From positions 1 to 45,236 of the forward strand of contig CAUSPJ010000001.1 of assembly GCA_963533595.1 (NCBI GenBank): a stretch of 45,236 nt of DNA, given 5' to 3'. Position 1 is the first letter of the stretch; each line of letters opens with the position of its first letter. Positions 10,211-19,694 of the stretch are shown here, one piece after another. Below the pieces are notes generated by a model that had not been told where the DNA came from, searched no databases, and saw nothing but the letters and a program-made list of their open reading frames with translations. This DNA comes from an uncultured Candidatus Saccharibacteria bacterium. GTDB lineage: Bacteria > Patescibacteriota > Saccharimonadia > Saccharimonadales > Saccharimonadaceae. The position numbers were made by a program, and so were the translations under genes.

Positions 10211-12013
10211 CTAGCGATAAGACTCGTACGCTTGACCATGCTTCCAGGTGATAGAGCCACCCTCAAAGTCTTGTCTAACACCGCCGCCGACTATATATTC
10301 ATCACTAGTCGGATAACCTAGCCTTCCCCACTCATAGCCGAGCTGCATCCACTTCGCTTTGATGCCGCCGAATAATATATGTACTCCGGCCTTGGGACTG
10401 TAGTAGATTGAGCCGTTAGCACCCTGCATCGCCTGGTAGCAACCGCCTCTAATTAGACCGCACACCTGATCCATTATTGGATAGCCCAGAATAGTCTTAC
10501 TGCGACCAATCTCCCGATACTTCTGAGCAATCTGACCATAGTTGGCATAAGCGAAATATCCGTTATACCAGTAGATTGATCCCCGCTCGAAATCACGATA
10601 GCAGTTAAGTCCATCATAGCAGTGTTCCCCATCAGTCGGATAACCTAACGGACTATTCTCGAAGCCTAGCCGGAACCACTTGTCCCTAATCGCTCCATAG
10701 ATTACCATACCATTGTACTTTGGTGTCCAGTAGATTGACCCTCCTTGATAATGCTGATAGCAACCCTGCTCAACTAAGCCACAGCCCTCCTTAGACACCG
10801 GGTAGCCAAGCATGCCATTCTCAAACTTCATCTGCCTATATGTTTCTCTGATACCACCATAGTTCTCATGAGCACCGGTCTGTGGATGATAGAGGATAGC
10901 CCCACCCTCAAAGTTCTGATAGCTACCGCCACCCTTAATTCCGTCAACTTGATTCCCTACAGGGTAGCCAAGTACGCCATACTCTAACCCCAGCTCAAAC
11001 CAACGTTGGTGAATCTTACCTTTTCTGACGGCGTGACCACCTAAAGCTTTAGTCCAATAGACAACACCTCTATCAAACACCTGGTAGCAACCCTGGTCTT
11101 TCAGCCCACATGACTCATTCATCGTCGGATTACCAAGCACCCTTGCTCCACCGGCTGAGTTATAGCCGTCAAGGATGCCACCATAGACCTCATACCCTCT
11201 AGTGCTACCAAACCAATTAGTGAACATATTATAGAAATTACGGTTACCATAGGCACTACAAGCATCACCGTAGCCCCAATTAGCCCGGAGCGCTGCCTGA
11301 TTAGGCACATAAGGAGTATAGCGATAAAGAGCAGAAGTAGCCCGGTTCGCTACGTAAACTCGCTTCGAACCACAACTACGATTCGGATGATATAAGATAT
11401 TACTCGTCTCGTAAGCCGGGTAGTTGCTCCAACCACCATCAAGTACCTCACGGAAGAAGGCTGCCGCCGAGCGAACTTGATTAATGAAACCAGCATGTTC
11501 CGGTCGACAACCCTTACCGTCGTCCGGACAATTAAAGCCTGTAGCGTGATTGTACTCAAGATTACTGGGGAAGGTATCACTGACTAGCCGCTGTTCTTTC
11601 TCCAGTACAACCAGCAGAACTTGAGGATTGATGTGATAATCCTGAGCTGCTTGCCAGATAATATGCGAAGTCGTCTGACCGCTAAACATTTCATCTGCCA
11701 TACAGACGAAGTGACCGTCCCTAATATTGTAGTGGTATCCCTTGACCGCCTTAGCCAAGTTACGATCATTACATGGATTCTTACTATGAAGGAAGTCCCA
11801 GATATTCCGTTCACTCATAGTAGTAGTATTACTCATGACGAAGTCGGTCATGATATTACTATCGTCATAACCGGCTAGGTAAGCTTTAGCCTGTTTACCG
11901 GAATGAAATAGCGTATATATCATCAGACTACAGCAAAGTATACTCATCAGTAACACCACGGCTATCGTCAGCCGTGACTTATGGGCGGTTATCTTTAGTC
12001 CATCATTTTTCAT
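10211..12013 (-). CDS. Exported protein with lysozyme/SLT-like N-terminal domain and six LGFP repeats
   Basis: N-terminal hydrophobic segment; IIWQAAQDYHINPQVLLVVLEKEQ; repeats LGNPTMNE, LGYPVGNQ, LGYPVSKE, LGYPTDGE, LGYPIMDQ, LGYPTSDE, each followed by a (Y/R)Q.FE.G.IYW-like segment. Confidence 0.8.
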   Translation of the reverse strand: MKNDGLKITAHKSRLTIAVVLLMSILCCSLMIYTLFHSGKQAKAYLAGYDDSNIMTDFVMSNTTTMSERNIWDFLHSKNPCNDRNLAKAVKGYHYNIRDGHFVCMADEMFSGQTTSHIIWQAAQDYHINPQVLLVVLEKEQRLVSDTFPSNLEYNHATGFNCPDDGKGCRPEHAGFINQVRSAAAFFREVLDGGWSNYPAYETSNILYHPNRSCGSKRVYVANRATSALYRYTPYVPNQAALRANWGYGDACSAYGNRNFYNMFTNWFGSTRGYEVYGGILDGYNSAGGARVLGNPTMNESCGLKDQGCYQVFDRGVVYWTKALGGHAVRKGKIHQRWFELGLEYGVLGYPVGNQVDGIKGGGSYQNFEGGAILYHPQTGAHENYGGIRETYRQMKFENGMLGYPVSKEGCGLVEQGCYQHYQGGSIYWTPKYNGMVIYGAIRDKWFRLGFENSPLGYPTDGEHCYDGLNCYRDFERGSIYWYNGYFAYANYGQIAQKYREIGRSKTILGYPIMDQVCGLIRGGCYQAMQGANGSIYYSPKAGVHILFGGIKAKWMQLGYEWGRLGYPTSDEYIVGGGVRQDFEGGSITWKHGQAYESYR

Positions 12014-12600
12014 AGATCTACCTCGTCAGTAATAGTACCAGTCTTGCCACCACCGCTAGCTACCACTTTGACGACCCAATGACCCTTAACTTGTCCCAGC
12101 TTGCCAACCGGGATATCCCAACCGTAGCAGCTAGAGGTCTGCGGGTTAGCGATTAGTTTAGCTCGGTCAGTATAAGTCTGTCCATTAGAGCGAGTTAGGG
12201 TTAGTTCACATTTTCCATTAGGATCGTCAATCCACTGATTAATAGTCACTCGAACTCTCATCGTCTCATTCACCGGAGTAGCGATACTGACCGAACCGGT
12301 CAAGGAGGGTTGACTCTGAGTGCTCCCACCCTCATAGCGAGCCGGTGCTTTCCCCGTGCCTTGATTAGTCGAATGTGGCTGATTAGTCTTGCCGTTCTCG
12401 GTAGTTACGGTCTTATCGGTATGATTATCGCTCGTCTTAATAGTCTTCTTGTGACTATCCTGTTTAGCTTCTTTGGCTTGGTCTCTTTTAGCTGTCCGGT
12501 TGTGGGTAACTGCCGCATAGGTGATACCACCTGCTATAAGCGCCAGCACTACTAATGTGATGATGATTATTTTTCTGTTGGAGTGTTTACGTATCTTCAT
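12010..12600 (-). CDS. Membrane-anchored hypothetical protein, C-terminal beta-rich domain with a Cys pair (paralog of 20574-21179)
   Basis: Single N-terminal TM, K/T/Q-rich linker, VRVTIN...GKCELTL...SSCYGWDI; GAGGA SD upstream. Confidence 0.75.
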   Translation of the reverse strand: MKIRKHSNRKIIIITLVVLALIAGGITYAAVTHNRTAKRDQAKEAKQDSHKKTIKTSDNHTDKTVTTENGKTNQPHSTNQGTGKAPARYEGGSTQSQPSLTGSVSIATPVNETMRVRVTINQWIDDPNGKCELTLTRSNGQTYTDRAKLIANPQTSSCYGWDIPVGKLGQVKGHWVVKVVASGGGKTGTITDEVDL

Positions 12601-12656
12601 AATTATTCCTCTTTTTACTTATGTTTATATTAGCACGTTTATTGTTCTGGCGTAAA

Positions 12657-13874
12657 CTAAGCCATCAGCTGATCAGCTAATTGCAAAGCACTGGCAAAAG
12701 ACTTATCCATATCATAGTAAGCATATTCACCTAATCGACCGCCGAAGTAAATCTGCTTCGATTTATCGGCTTGCGCCAAACCCTGATATTTAGTTAGTTT
12801 AGCCTTATCTTTAGCGGTGTTAATAGGGTAATACGGCTCATCACCTTGTTGCCAAGCCTTAGAGTATTCTCGGACTATCACCGTTTTGTTATAATCCGGT
12901 GCATAACCGGGCCATTTAGCCACGTCATCCGCCCTTTCAGGATGAAAGTGTTTGAATTCGTGGATCCTGGTGAACTTTGGTTCAAGGTCGTTATAATTCA
13001 TAACCGGGCAGCCCTGAAAATCATGAACGTTCACCACCTCTTTATCCAGTTTCAGACTTCTCCACGATAGCTCGCCAAACTGATAGTCATAAAATTGATC
13101 AATCGGACCGGTATAGATAGTCGTTACCCCATTATCTCGTAATCGTTTGATATTGGCATCCTTAAAATAATCCGTCTTTAGCTCGACAGTAACTGAGCCT
13201 CTCGATCTATTGCCAGTCTCAACCATTCGCTGAAACCAAGCTTCATAGCCATCCTGCGGTAGCCCTTCGTGAGCATCCTTAAAGTAGCGATTATTATAGG
13301 TATAGCGGACCGGTAAGCGTTTAATGATTTCCGGCGAAAGCTCTTCGGCCGGTGTCTGCCATTGTTTGGCTGTGTAATATTTAATAAAAGCATTAAATAG
13401 CGGCTCACCGATCAGCGATATCCCCTGCTCAGCCAGGTTGACCGGCTGGCGATTCTCTTTAGCCGCCGGATTATTCTTGGCTTGTTCAGCTATTAACTCT
13501 CTAGCTTCGTCCGGTGTGTAGTTAGACTGGAAGAATTGGTTAATCGTCCCTAAATTAACCGGCATCGGAAAGACCTCCGGACGCTCTGCACCTTTTCTTT
13601 GATGCATAGCGTAGACATGATGTACATAGCCGGTAAACTTAGTAAACTGATTGACATACTGCCAAACAGTTTCATCAGAAGTATGGAATAGGTGCGCCCC
13701 ATACTTGTGACATTCAATCCCTGTCTCGGTATCGAACTCGGAGCAGGCATTACCACCGATGTGATCACGCTTATCGACGACTAGGACTCGTTTACCTTGC
13801 TGAGTAGCCAGCCGTTCAGCTACTGTTAAGCCGAATATACCGGCTCCCACTACTAATACATTCGGCTGATCCAT
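12657..13874 (-). CDS. glf: UDP-galactopyranose mutase
   Basis: VVGAGIFG FAD motif, HIGGNA, HKYGAHLFHT, YTAKQW, RLPVR, EPYYP, GRLGEYAYYDMD. Confidence 0.96.
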   Translation of the reverse strand: MDQPNVLVVGAGIFGLTVAERLATQQGKRVLVVDKRDHIGGNACSEFDTETGIECHKYGAHLFHTSDETVWQYVNQFTKFTGYVHHVYAMHQRKGAERPEVFPMPVNLGTINQFFQSNYTPDEARELIAEQAKNNPAAKENRQPVNLAEQGISLIGEPLFNAFIKYYTAKQWQTPAEELSPEIIKRLPVRYTYNNRYFKDAHEGLPQDGYEAWFQRMVETGNRSRGSVTVELKTDYFKDANIKRLRDNGVTTIYTGPIDQFYDYQFGELSWRSLKLDKEVVNVHDFQGCPVMNYNDLEPKFTRIHEFKHFHPERADDVAKWPGYAPDYNKTVIVREYSKAWQQGDEPYYPINTAKDKAKLTKYQGLAQADKSKQIYFGGRLGEYAYYDMDKSFASALQLADQLMA

Positions 13875-13876
13875 CT

Positions 13877-15406
13877 CTACCTCCCCATCGTTACCACATC
13901 ACAAGTCTGAGCCCCGTAATAATACGGTGTATCCTTCTGACTAACCGTACAATAATGTTCGTCCTGCGGTAGGCTAACCAGCATAACATCATTTGATAGA
14001 TGATAATACTGTTTGAACGCTTCAGTTACCCATTTCGCCTGTATATTATTAAAGGCAATATCTTGCGCCTCACTATCCTGTAGTAAAATCGGTAGTGGTG
14101 CAACCCGAATAGCACTGCCAGTACGATTAGCTTGTTGCTGTAGATTAATCTCTCTAGTGATATAGGCATCGTGGCGTAATACTACCGCCCGGATGATTGG
14201 CTTGTAGACTCGGTACGAGGTAGCGATTACTCCGATTAACGCTAAAATCATCGTTATGTCTAAGAGATAGGTAATATTTGCACTGCATTTTCTCAGTAAC
14301 ACCGCTAGGATTACAGTTACTCCGATCAAAATGATCCCGGCCGGTACTATATATGCCCGAAGTGGTATATTGCCACCCAGCGAATAGCCTATGATTAGAT
14401 AAAAGACATAACTAACAGCCAGTAGATAGAGGGCGATACTAGCTACCACACTGATGGTCTGTCGTAATCTCAGTCTAGGTAAAACTGTAGCTAGTGTCAC
14501 TCCACTACCTATCACCAAGAGAACACGCTCCCAAGTCACTAAATAGCCCAGCTTAGCTATCTGAAAGAGAGGCTCAATAAAGACTTTATACCAATCAAAA
14601 AGAGAATGCGCCATCCGACGTCGTTTAATTGACCCTGGTGAGAAATAAATAATCAGCAGACAACCTGCTGCAATGACCATACCAACTACCAGCACTCTAA
14701 TATTATGCTTAGTCGTTTTCTTCAGCTTAAAGAGCTTAAATCGTTTGATTATTCCATATACTATTAGCGAGAAACCAAAGCTACCGACCAGATAGATAGT
14801 AGTTATCTCGCAGCAGAATGCAGTGAACATCAGACTAGCTACATAAACCAGCCAATCAAGCCAAGTAATTGCCGGCTTGGTGAATAGCCGAGTGGTAAGA
14901 GTGATAACTGCTATAGCACAGATGATACTGGTAACATAAATAGTACTGGAAGTCAGCCAGAGGTAGCTATCATAGATAGAGTAAGCCGATAGCATAATCA
15001 AGCTTGTCATTAGTAGTCCTAGTGCCAAAGCTTGACTGCATGGTAAGTCACGAGCTTTAACTTGCTTAAAGAATACCTTAATGAACCAAACTGAAACAAT
15101 TACTAAGCTAACTAGCAGAAACATTGCCATAATGGCCGGTGTTTTACTACCCCAGAAATGATAAAAGATAGAGACCAAAAAATTAGGGCTTAGCCTACCC
15201 GTCCAATGAAGATAAGAGTCTGCCATGGTAACAAAAGGATTACCGGGGTGCTTTTGCGAGAAAAAGACATAGTCGTCGGCAATTGGTTGGTTAAATAACG
15301 CCATTACTAAGAATGGCACCAAGATAACCAAACAAATTGTAATGATGATGAGATAACGACGACTCTCGAAAGCCTTAATGAGTCTATCTTTCCAGCTACC
15401 AGCCAT
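13877..15406 (-). CDS. Polytopic membrane protein, GT-C-like (DUF6056-like) putative glycosyltransferase
   Basis: ADDY after first TM, YLHWTGR, many TM segments; start placed at ATG 15406, overlapping end of upstream GT. Confidence 0.6.
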   Translation of the reverse strand: MAGSWKDRLIKAFESRRYLIIITICLVILVPFLVMALFNQPIADDYVFFSQKHPGNPFVTMADSYLHWTGRLSPNFLVSIFYHFWGSKTPAIMAMFLLVSLVIVSVWFIKVFFKQVKARDLPCSQALALGLLMTSLIMLSAYSIYDSYLWLTSSTIYVTSIICAIAVITLTTRLFTKPAITWLDWLVYVASLMFTAFCCEITTIYLVGSFGFSLIVYGIIKRFKLFKLKKTTKHNIRVLVVGMVIAAGCLLIIYFSPGSIKRRRMAHSLFDWYKVFIEPLFQIAKLGYLVTWERVLLVIGSGVTLATVLPRLRLRQTISVVASIALYLLAVSYVFYLIIGYSLGGNIPLRAYIVPAGIILIGVTVILAVLLRKCSANITYLLDITMILALIGVIATSYRVYKPIIRAVVLRHDAYITREINLQQQANRTGSAIRVAPLPILLQDSEAQDIAFNNIQAKWVTEAFKQYYHLSNDVMLVSLPQDEHYCTVSQKDTPYYYGAQTCDVVTMGR

Positions 15407-17717
15407 AAACCTCTCCGATATGCTTTTGATAAATCGCTCGATCGTGTTCGTGTAATATTTTCTGGTTAAATTTCTTGCGTTTATCAGGCGAAAGCAGCTG
15501 ATCAGACCGGTCATAGAACTTTAGAATAGCCTCTAAGTAAGCCTCAGCATTACCATTGTCATCAACCAAGAAGCCATTCTTATCGTCCTCAATTACCTCA
15601 GGCAGAGAACCGCATTTCCCTACGATCACGAATAGATTAGACTCAAGCGCTTCCAACACTATATTGGGCAACCCTTCAAACTGAGTCGGTAAAATTAGCA
15701 TATCTACTTGATCAATCGGTAGCTCATTAAATCCATTAAATGGACCCCGGTAACAGGCATTGTCAATCTGCTCAACCCATCTTATATCTCGACCATCATA
15801 TAGTCTGTCAGCTTTATCAACTGAACCATAAATATCCAGCTGAATACCGTGTTTAGCCAGTTCACGATGCGAAGCAAGGACGAGATCTAGTCGCTTCTGA
15901 GCACTGAATCGTCCGGCATACATGATATGATGCTTGATGACATAATCTTGTTTCAGATTTACCGGATTGATTGGCAAAGCGATCGGGGTAATTTTCCGAC
16001 CGTCCCAACCATGTATTTTCATCAACTGCTTCTTATATCCATCACCGTCCGTTACTAAGCAGTCGATATAACGATACACTTTACTTAGGATGGTAGTTTC
16101 AAATATCAGACCGCAGTCATTAACCCCGTAGCACCAATCATGGACAATGATCTTCACATGTCGCTTGATCTCATCATGCCACTCGTTGATTAGATTGTAG
16201 CCAACACCCGAGTTCATCACGGTTAAGTACTCCAGCTTTGGCCAATTCTGGATAACCCTGAGTAGCATAATCTCCAAGTCTTTATCGTTGATCTGACTGA
16301 CCGGAAAATAATCATCTCGCTCCAGAAAAGTTACTCCCGGAAGTTTATTCAACTTATCTCGCCAAGAATTATCATCGCCGGCATTAGTCCCGATCACCAA
16401 TACTCGCCGACCATGCTCGGATAAGGCTTGGCAGAGCTCAACCATTGCCTTGTCCGCTCCACCCCTGGTTAAGTGGGGAATCAAAAGTAAGTCAGTAGTT
16501 TGCTCAATGTCAGGTAAACTACATAGACGATAGTAGACATCATTTAGTTCACTCGGTTGAATCGCCGTATAGACCGGCAGTAGATTAATAAAGTCTGTCG
16601 TATTATAAGTCGCCAGTGGTTCAATCTTATTTAACTGTCTGATATCATCAAACATTTCCTTAGTAAATCCAGCTCTATTCAGCCTCTCTAGATTAAGCTC
16701 TTTTAGCTTATCAGTACTTAATTTGGTCGTATATTTCTGATGTCTTATTAGTCGACCAACCTGTTTGGCTGACCGTGCTGTCTCAATGAGTAGTCGTTTG
16801 CCATAGAGTAAGATATTTCTAGCCGGTGAGCAGTGAACTTTAATATATTGCTCAGCACTATCCTTTGATTGATCATTCGTGATTACCGGTTCGTCTAATT
16901 TAGCTGATAATTCTCGCATTTCCTTAGTATTACGGTGGTTAAAGCTGCGAAAGACTGATGGAGCAAAGAATCGACTAGGTGCTAAACATAACCGACAATT
17001 TGAGCTAGAATTAGCTAAAAGTGAGCCGGTTAATTTGCGACGATAAAGTATCATTGTACTGGGAGCCACTGAGATATCATAACCGCTAGCGATCATCTCT
17101 GTTAGAATGTGGTAATCTTCATAGCGATATCGTTTATCACCAGGAGTGTATTTAATTCTACTAAAGATACTGCTGCTAACAAAGATCTGCGACTGATATA
17201 AGTTATTTGCATACATATTAGTGGCTAATTGATGCGGATCGTTAGAAGCAAGAAGCTTTCTAATAGCACCTGTACGACATAACCCGCTCCATTCATCCAT
17301 ATCCAGTATAAACTCCGGCTCAATCACCACCGGCTTATTAGCCTTAAGCGCTAACTGATACATCCTGAGTAGGTATTTAACTGAGAACAAATCATCACCA
17401 TCATATACCTGGATATACTCCACTTTGCTAGCCAGAGCTTTATCAATCAGATAATTACGACTTTGTGATAGGTCAGCAAAGTCAACTGTGTAATACCGTA
17501 GCTCATCCACAACCTCCGCCAAAAAATGCTTCGACTTAGCGAAGAATTGCTTAGTATAGTCATCCGGGCAGTCTAACGATACATTAGCCTGGACTTTCAG
17601 TCTCGGATACTCTCCTTTCAAAGATTTAACGTTCAGAGCGATTGACTGAAAAGTCTTATAGAGTAGGTCCCCTTCATTATGAAGAGTGATATTGAGCGCT
17701 ATATCCATCTTGGTCAT
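15396..17717 (-). CDS. Fused glycosyltransferase (N-terminal GT2-like + C-terminal GT4)
   Basis: HNEG...SRN...YDGDD...YEDY (GT-A-like); GGADK...GRFSAQKR...FEGLPNIVLEAL (GT4); start placed at ATG 17717 behind TGATAATAT. Confidence 0.82.
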   Translation of the reverse strand: MTKMDIALNITLHNEGDLLYKTFQSIALNVKSLKGEYPRLKVQANVSLDCPDDYTKQFFAKSKHFLAEVVDELRYYTVDFADLSQSRNYLIDKALASKVEYIQVYDGDDLFSVKYLLRMYQLALKANKPVVIEPEFILDMDEWSGLCRTGAIRKLLASNDPHQLATNMYANNLYQSQIFVSSSIFSRIKYTPGDKRYRYEDYHILTEMIASGYDISVAPSTMILYRRKLTGSLLANSSSNCRLCLAPSRFFAPSVFRSFNHRNTKEMRELSAKLDEPVITNDQSKDSAEQYIKVHCSPARNILLYGKRLLIETARSAKQVGRLIRHQKYTTKLSTDKLKELNLERLNRAGFTKEMFDDIRQLNKIEPLATYNTTDFINLLPVYTAIQPSELNDVYYRLCSLPDIEQTTDLLLIPHLTRGGADKAMVELCQALSEHGRRVLVIGTNAGDDNSWRDKLNKLPGVTFLERDDYFPVSQINDKDLEIMLLRVIQNWPKLEYLTVMNSGVGYNLINEWHDEIKRHVKIIVHDWCYGVNDCGLIFETTILSKVYRYIDCLVTDGDGYKKQLMKIHGWDGRKITPIALPINPVNLKQDYVIKHHIMYAGRFSAQKRLDLVLASHRELAKHGIQLDIYGSVDKADRLYDGRDIRWVEQIDNACYRGPFNGFNELPIDQVDMLILPTQFEGLPNIVLEALESNLFVIVGKCGSLPEVIEDDKNGFLVDDNGNAEAYLEAILKFYDRSDQLLSPDKRKKFNQKILHEHDRAIYQKHIGEVYGW

Positions 17718-17754
17718 TACTATCATATTATCATGTGTGTTAGGATAATACATA

Positions 17755-18861
17755 ATGAAATCACGTCTACTGTGGTGTGACATCCTCCGAGTCATTGCAA
17801 CTATTATGGTAATCAGTATCCACACCATATCTGTTTATCAATATACTTACATTAAACCATTACAGCTTCTACCGTACTCCATCTTTGGCGTATTAAATTC
17901 GCTCAATCGAATGGCAGTCCCTGCCTTTTTTATGCTTACCGGTGCACTAACGCTTAAGCAGACTAAAAAGCCAATCACCCGAGGATCTTATACCTATTTT
18001 ATAAAAAATATTATTTACCGGCTCGTTATACCATTTATCATATTCTCTTTAGTTAGTTATTTATTCTTTACAAAACCACCTTGGTCAATCACAAAGTTTA
18101 TCGTTTCATTTTCTAATTATCCTGGTACATACGGACATATGTGGTTTATGTATGTCATTGTAATGATATATTTCTTTATCCCGTTTTTACAAAAAATAAT
18201 ACAATCGCTAAACAGAAAGGAGATTAAACTGTTGATTTGTCTAATATTTATATTTGGTAATGTATTATCTGAGTTATTTATATTAGCTAGATACTACCAT
18301 AAAACATTATTCAGTGGGGTTGCTTTACCTTATATCATTGCCTATGCTAACTTATTATTATTAGGGTTTTATTTTACTAAATACAGCATATCTCTTGCTA
18401 AGAAAAAACTCATTTATATGTTAGGCGTAATTAGTCTTGTGTCCTTACCTATGCTTCAAGCGTTAACGAACGATATAACCGAAGATCTTGTGACTGGACG
18501 TTCAATACTACCAGTGTTTATTAGTTCGGCAGGATTTATATTCATAAAATACCATTTCAGTAAGGTTAAGTTATCCTCCTGTGCCACTAAGGTTATTACT
18601 AAGTTATCAGAGATATCTTTTTACACTTATCTCGTCCATATGGTTATTATTAATATTTTCTACACCTACCTGCTAAATCATAATTATCTTAATACATGGA
18701 CAGACCAGCTAATATGGGCGCCAATTCAAATCATCGTAGTTTTTATTGTTTCCAGTATTATTGCTTACCTCTTTGACAAGTTATACCGTTATCTAACCAA
18801 GAAATCATCAGCGCTGATTACGAGACACCAACCAGCCAAGCAACTAGGTAATTCGAGCTAA
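17755..18861 (+). CDS. Acyltransferase family 3 (glycan O-acetyltransferase)
   Basis: DILRVIA...MVISIH, AVPAFFMLTG, HMWFM, SFYTYLVH; about 10 TM; visibly AT-rich. Confidence 0.88.
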   Translation: MKSRLLWCDILRVIATIMVISIHTISVYQYTYIKPLQLLPYSIFGVLNSLNRMAVPAFFMLTGALTLKQTKKPITRGSYTYFIKNIIYRLVIPFIIFSLVSYLFFTKPPWSITKFIVSFSNYPGTYGHMWFMYVIVMIYFFIPFLQKIIQSLNRKEIKLLICLIFIFGNVLSELFILARYYHKTLFSGVALPYIIAYANLLLLGFYFTKYSISLAKKKLIYMLGVISLVSLPMLQALTNDITEDLVTGRSILPVFISSAGFIFIKYHFSKVKLSSCATKVITKLSEISFYTYLVHMVIINIFYTYLLNHNYLNTWTDQLIWAPIQIIVVFIVSSIIAYLFDKLYRYLTKKSSALITRHQPAKQLGNSS

Positions 18862-18947
18862 CGCTTACTTATCGTTAGTCTTTTTTAGCTTATCTTAGTT
18901 ATGTTTCTTCATTTTATATTCTTGTTTTGATCGCTTTTGTCAGATTC

Positions 18948-19694
18948 TTAGCGGAATAGTCCACTATACTCATCTGCCACCTCACTAGGGTTACCCTCCA
19001 CTTTGATCAGTCCATTATCAATCAAGATGGCTCTATTACAAAATTCCCGCACTGCGCCCATATCGTGCGTCACTAGGACAATCGTCTTACCTCTTCGCTT
19101 CGCCTCCTGGAAGTAGTCGTGACATTTCCTCTGAAATGCTTCATCGCCGACTGCCAGTACTTCATCCAAGACTAAGATATCACCTTTAGCTTTAATCGCT
19201 ACTGAGAAGGCTAGGCGAACTTGCATACCGGAAGAATAATTCTTAAGCTTCTGGTCCATAAAATCATGTAGCTCGGCGAAATCAACGATATCGCCATACA
19301 TAGCACTAACTTGCTTCCGGCTAAAGCCAAGCATCGCTCCATTGAGATAGACATTTTCCCGACCGGTCAGCTCAGGATTAAAGCCAACTCCCAGCTCGAT
19401 GAACGATACTAGTGAGCCATTAACTTTAATTTGCCCCTGGTCAGGCGGATAAATGCCTGATATTAGCTTCAGTAGAGTCGATTTGCCGGACCCATTACGA
19501 CCAACGATACCGAAGAAGTCACCTTTCTTTACCTCAAATGAGATATCTTTCAGCACCTCCTGACGTCGATAACCTTTAATTCCCTTAGTCCAGTTAACAA
19601 AGACTTGTTTTATTTCATTAGAATGTTCAGTCGGCAACTTAAACGACTTACTGACATGGCTCACCTTTAGTACGACTTTATCCTTATTCATCAC
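18948..19694 (-). CDS. wzt: Polysaccharide export ABC transporter ATP-binding protein (Wzt/TagH type)
   Basis: GRNGSGKST, GFNPELTGRENV, YSSGMQVRLAF, LDEVLAVGD. Confidence 0.92.
   Translation of the reverse strand: MMNKDKVVLKVSHVSKSFKLPTEHSNEIKQVFVNWTKGIKGYRRQEVLKDISFEVKKGDFFGIVGRNGSGKSTLLKLISGIYPPDQGQIKVNGSLVSFIELGVGFNPELTGRENVYLNGAMLGFSRKQVSAMYGDIVDFAELHDFMDQKLKNYSSGMQVRLAFSVAIKAKGDILVLDEVLAVGDEAFQRKCHDYFQEAKRRGKTIVLVTHDMGAVREFCNRAILIDNGLIKVEGNPSEVADEYSGLFR

Noticed and set aside
10211..11190. CRISPR-like or DNA tandem repeat
   Set aside because: Periodicity is degenerate protein-level LGFP repeats; no identical repeats with spacers anywhere in the window
15407..15514. N-terminal extension of the 545-aa membrane ORF
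   Set aside because: Lies inside the upstream GT; ATG 15406 gives a normal short overlap
17718..17828. N-terminal extension of the 810-aa GT ORF
   Set aside because: Overlaps the divergent acyltransferase; -10 motif supports a start at 17717
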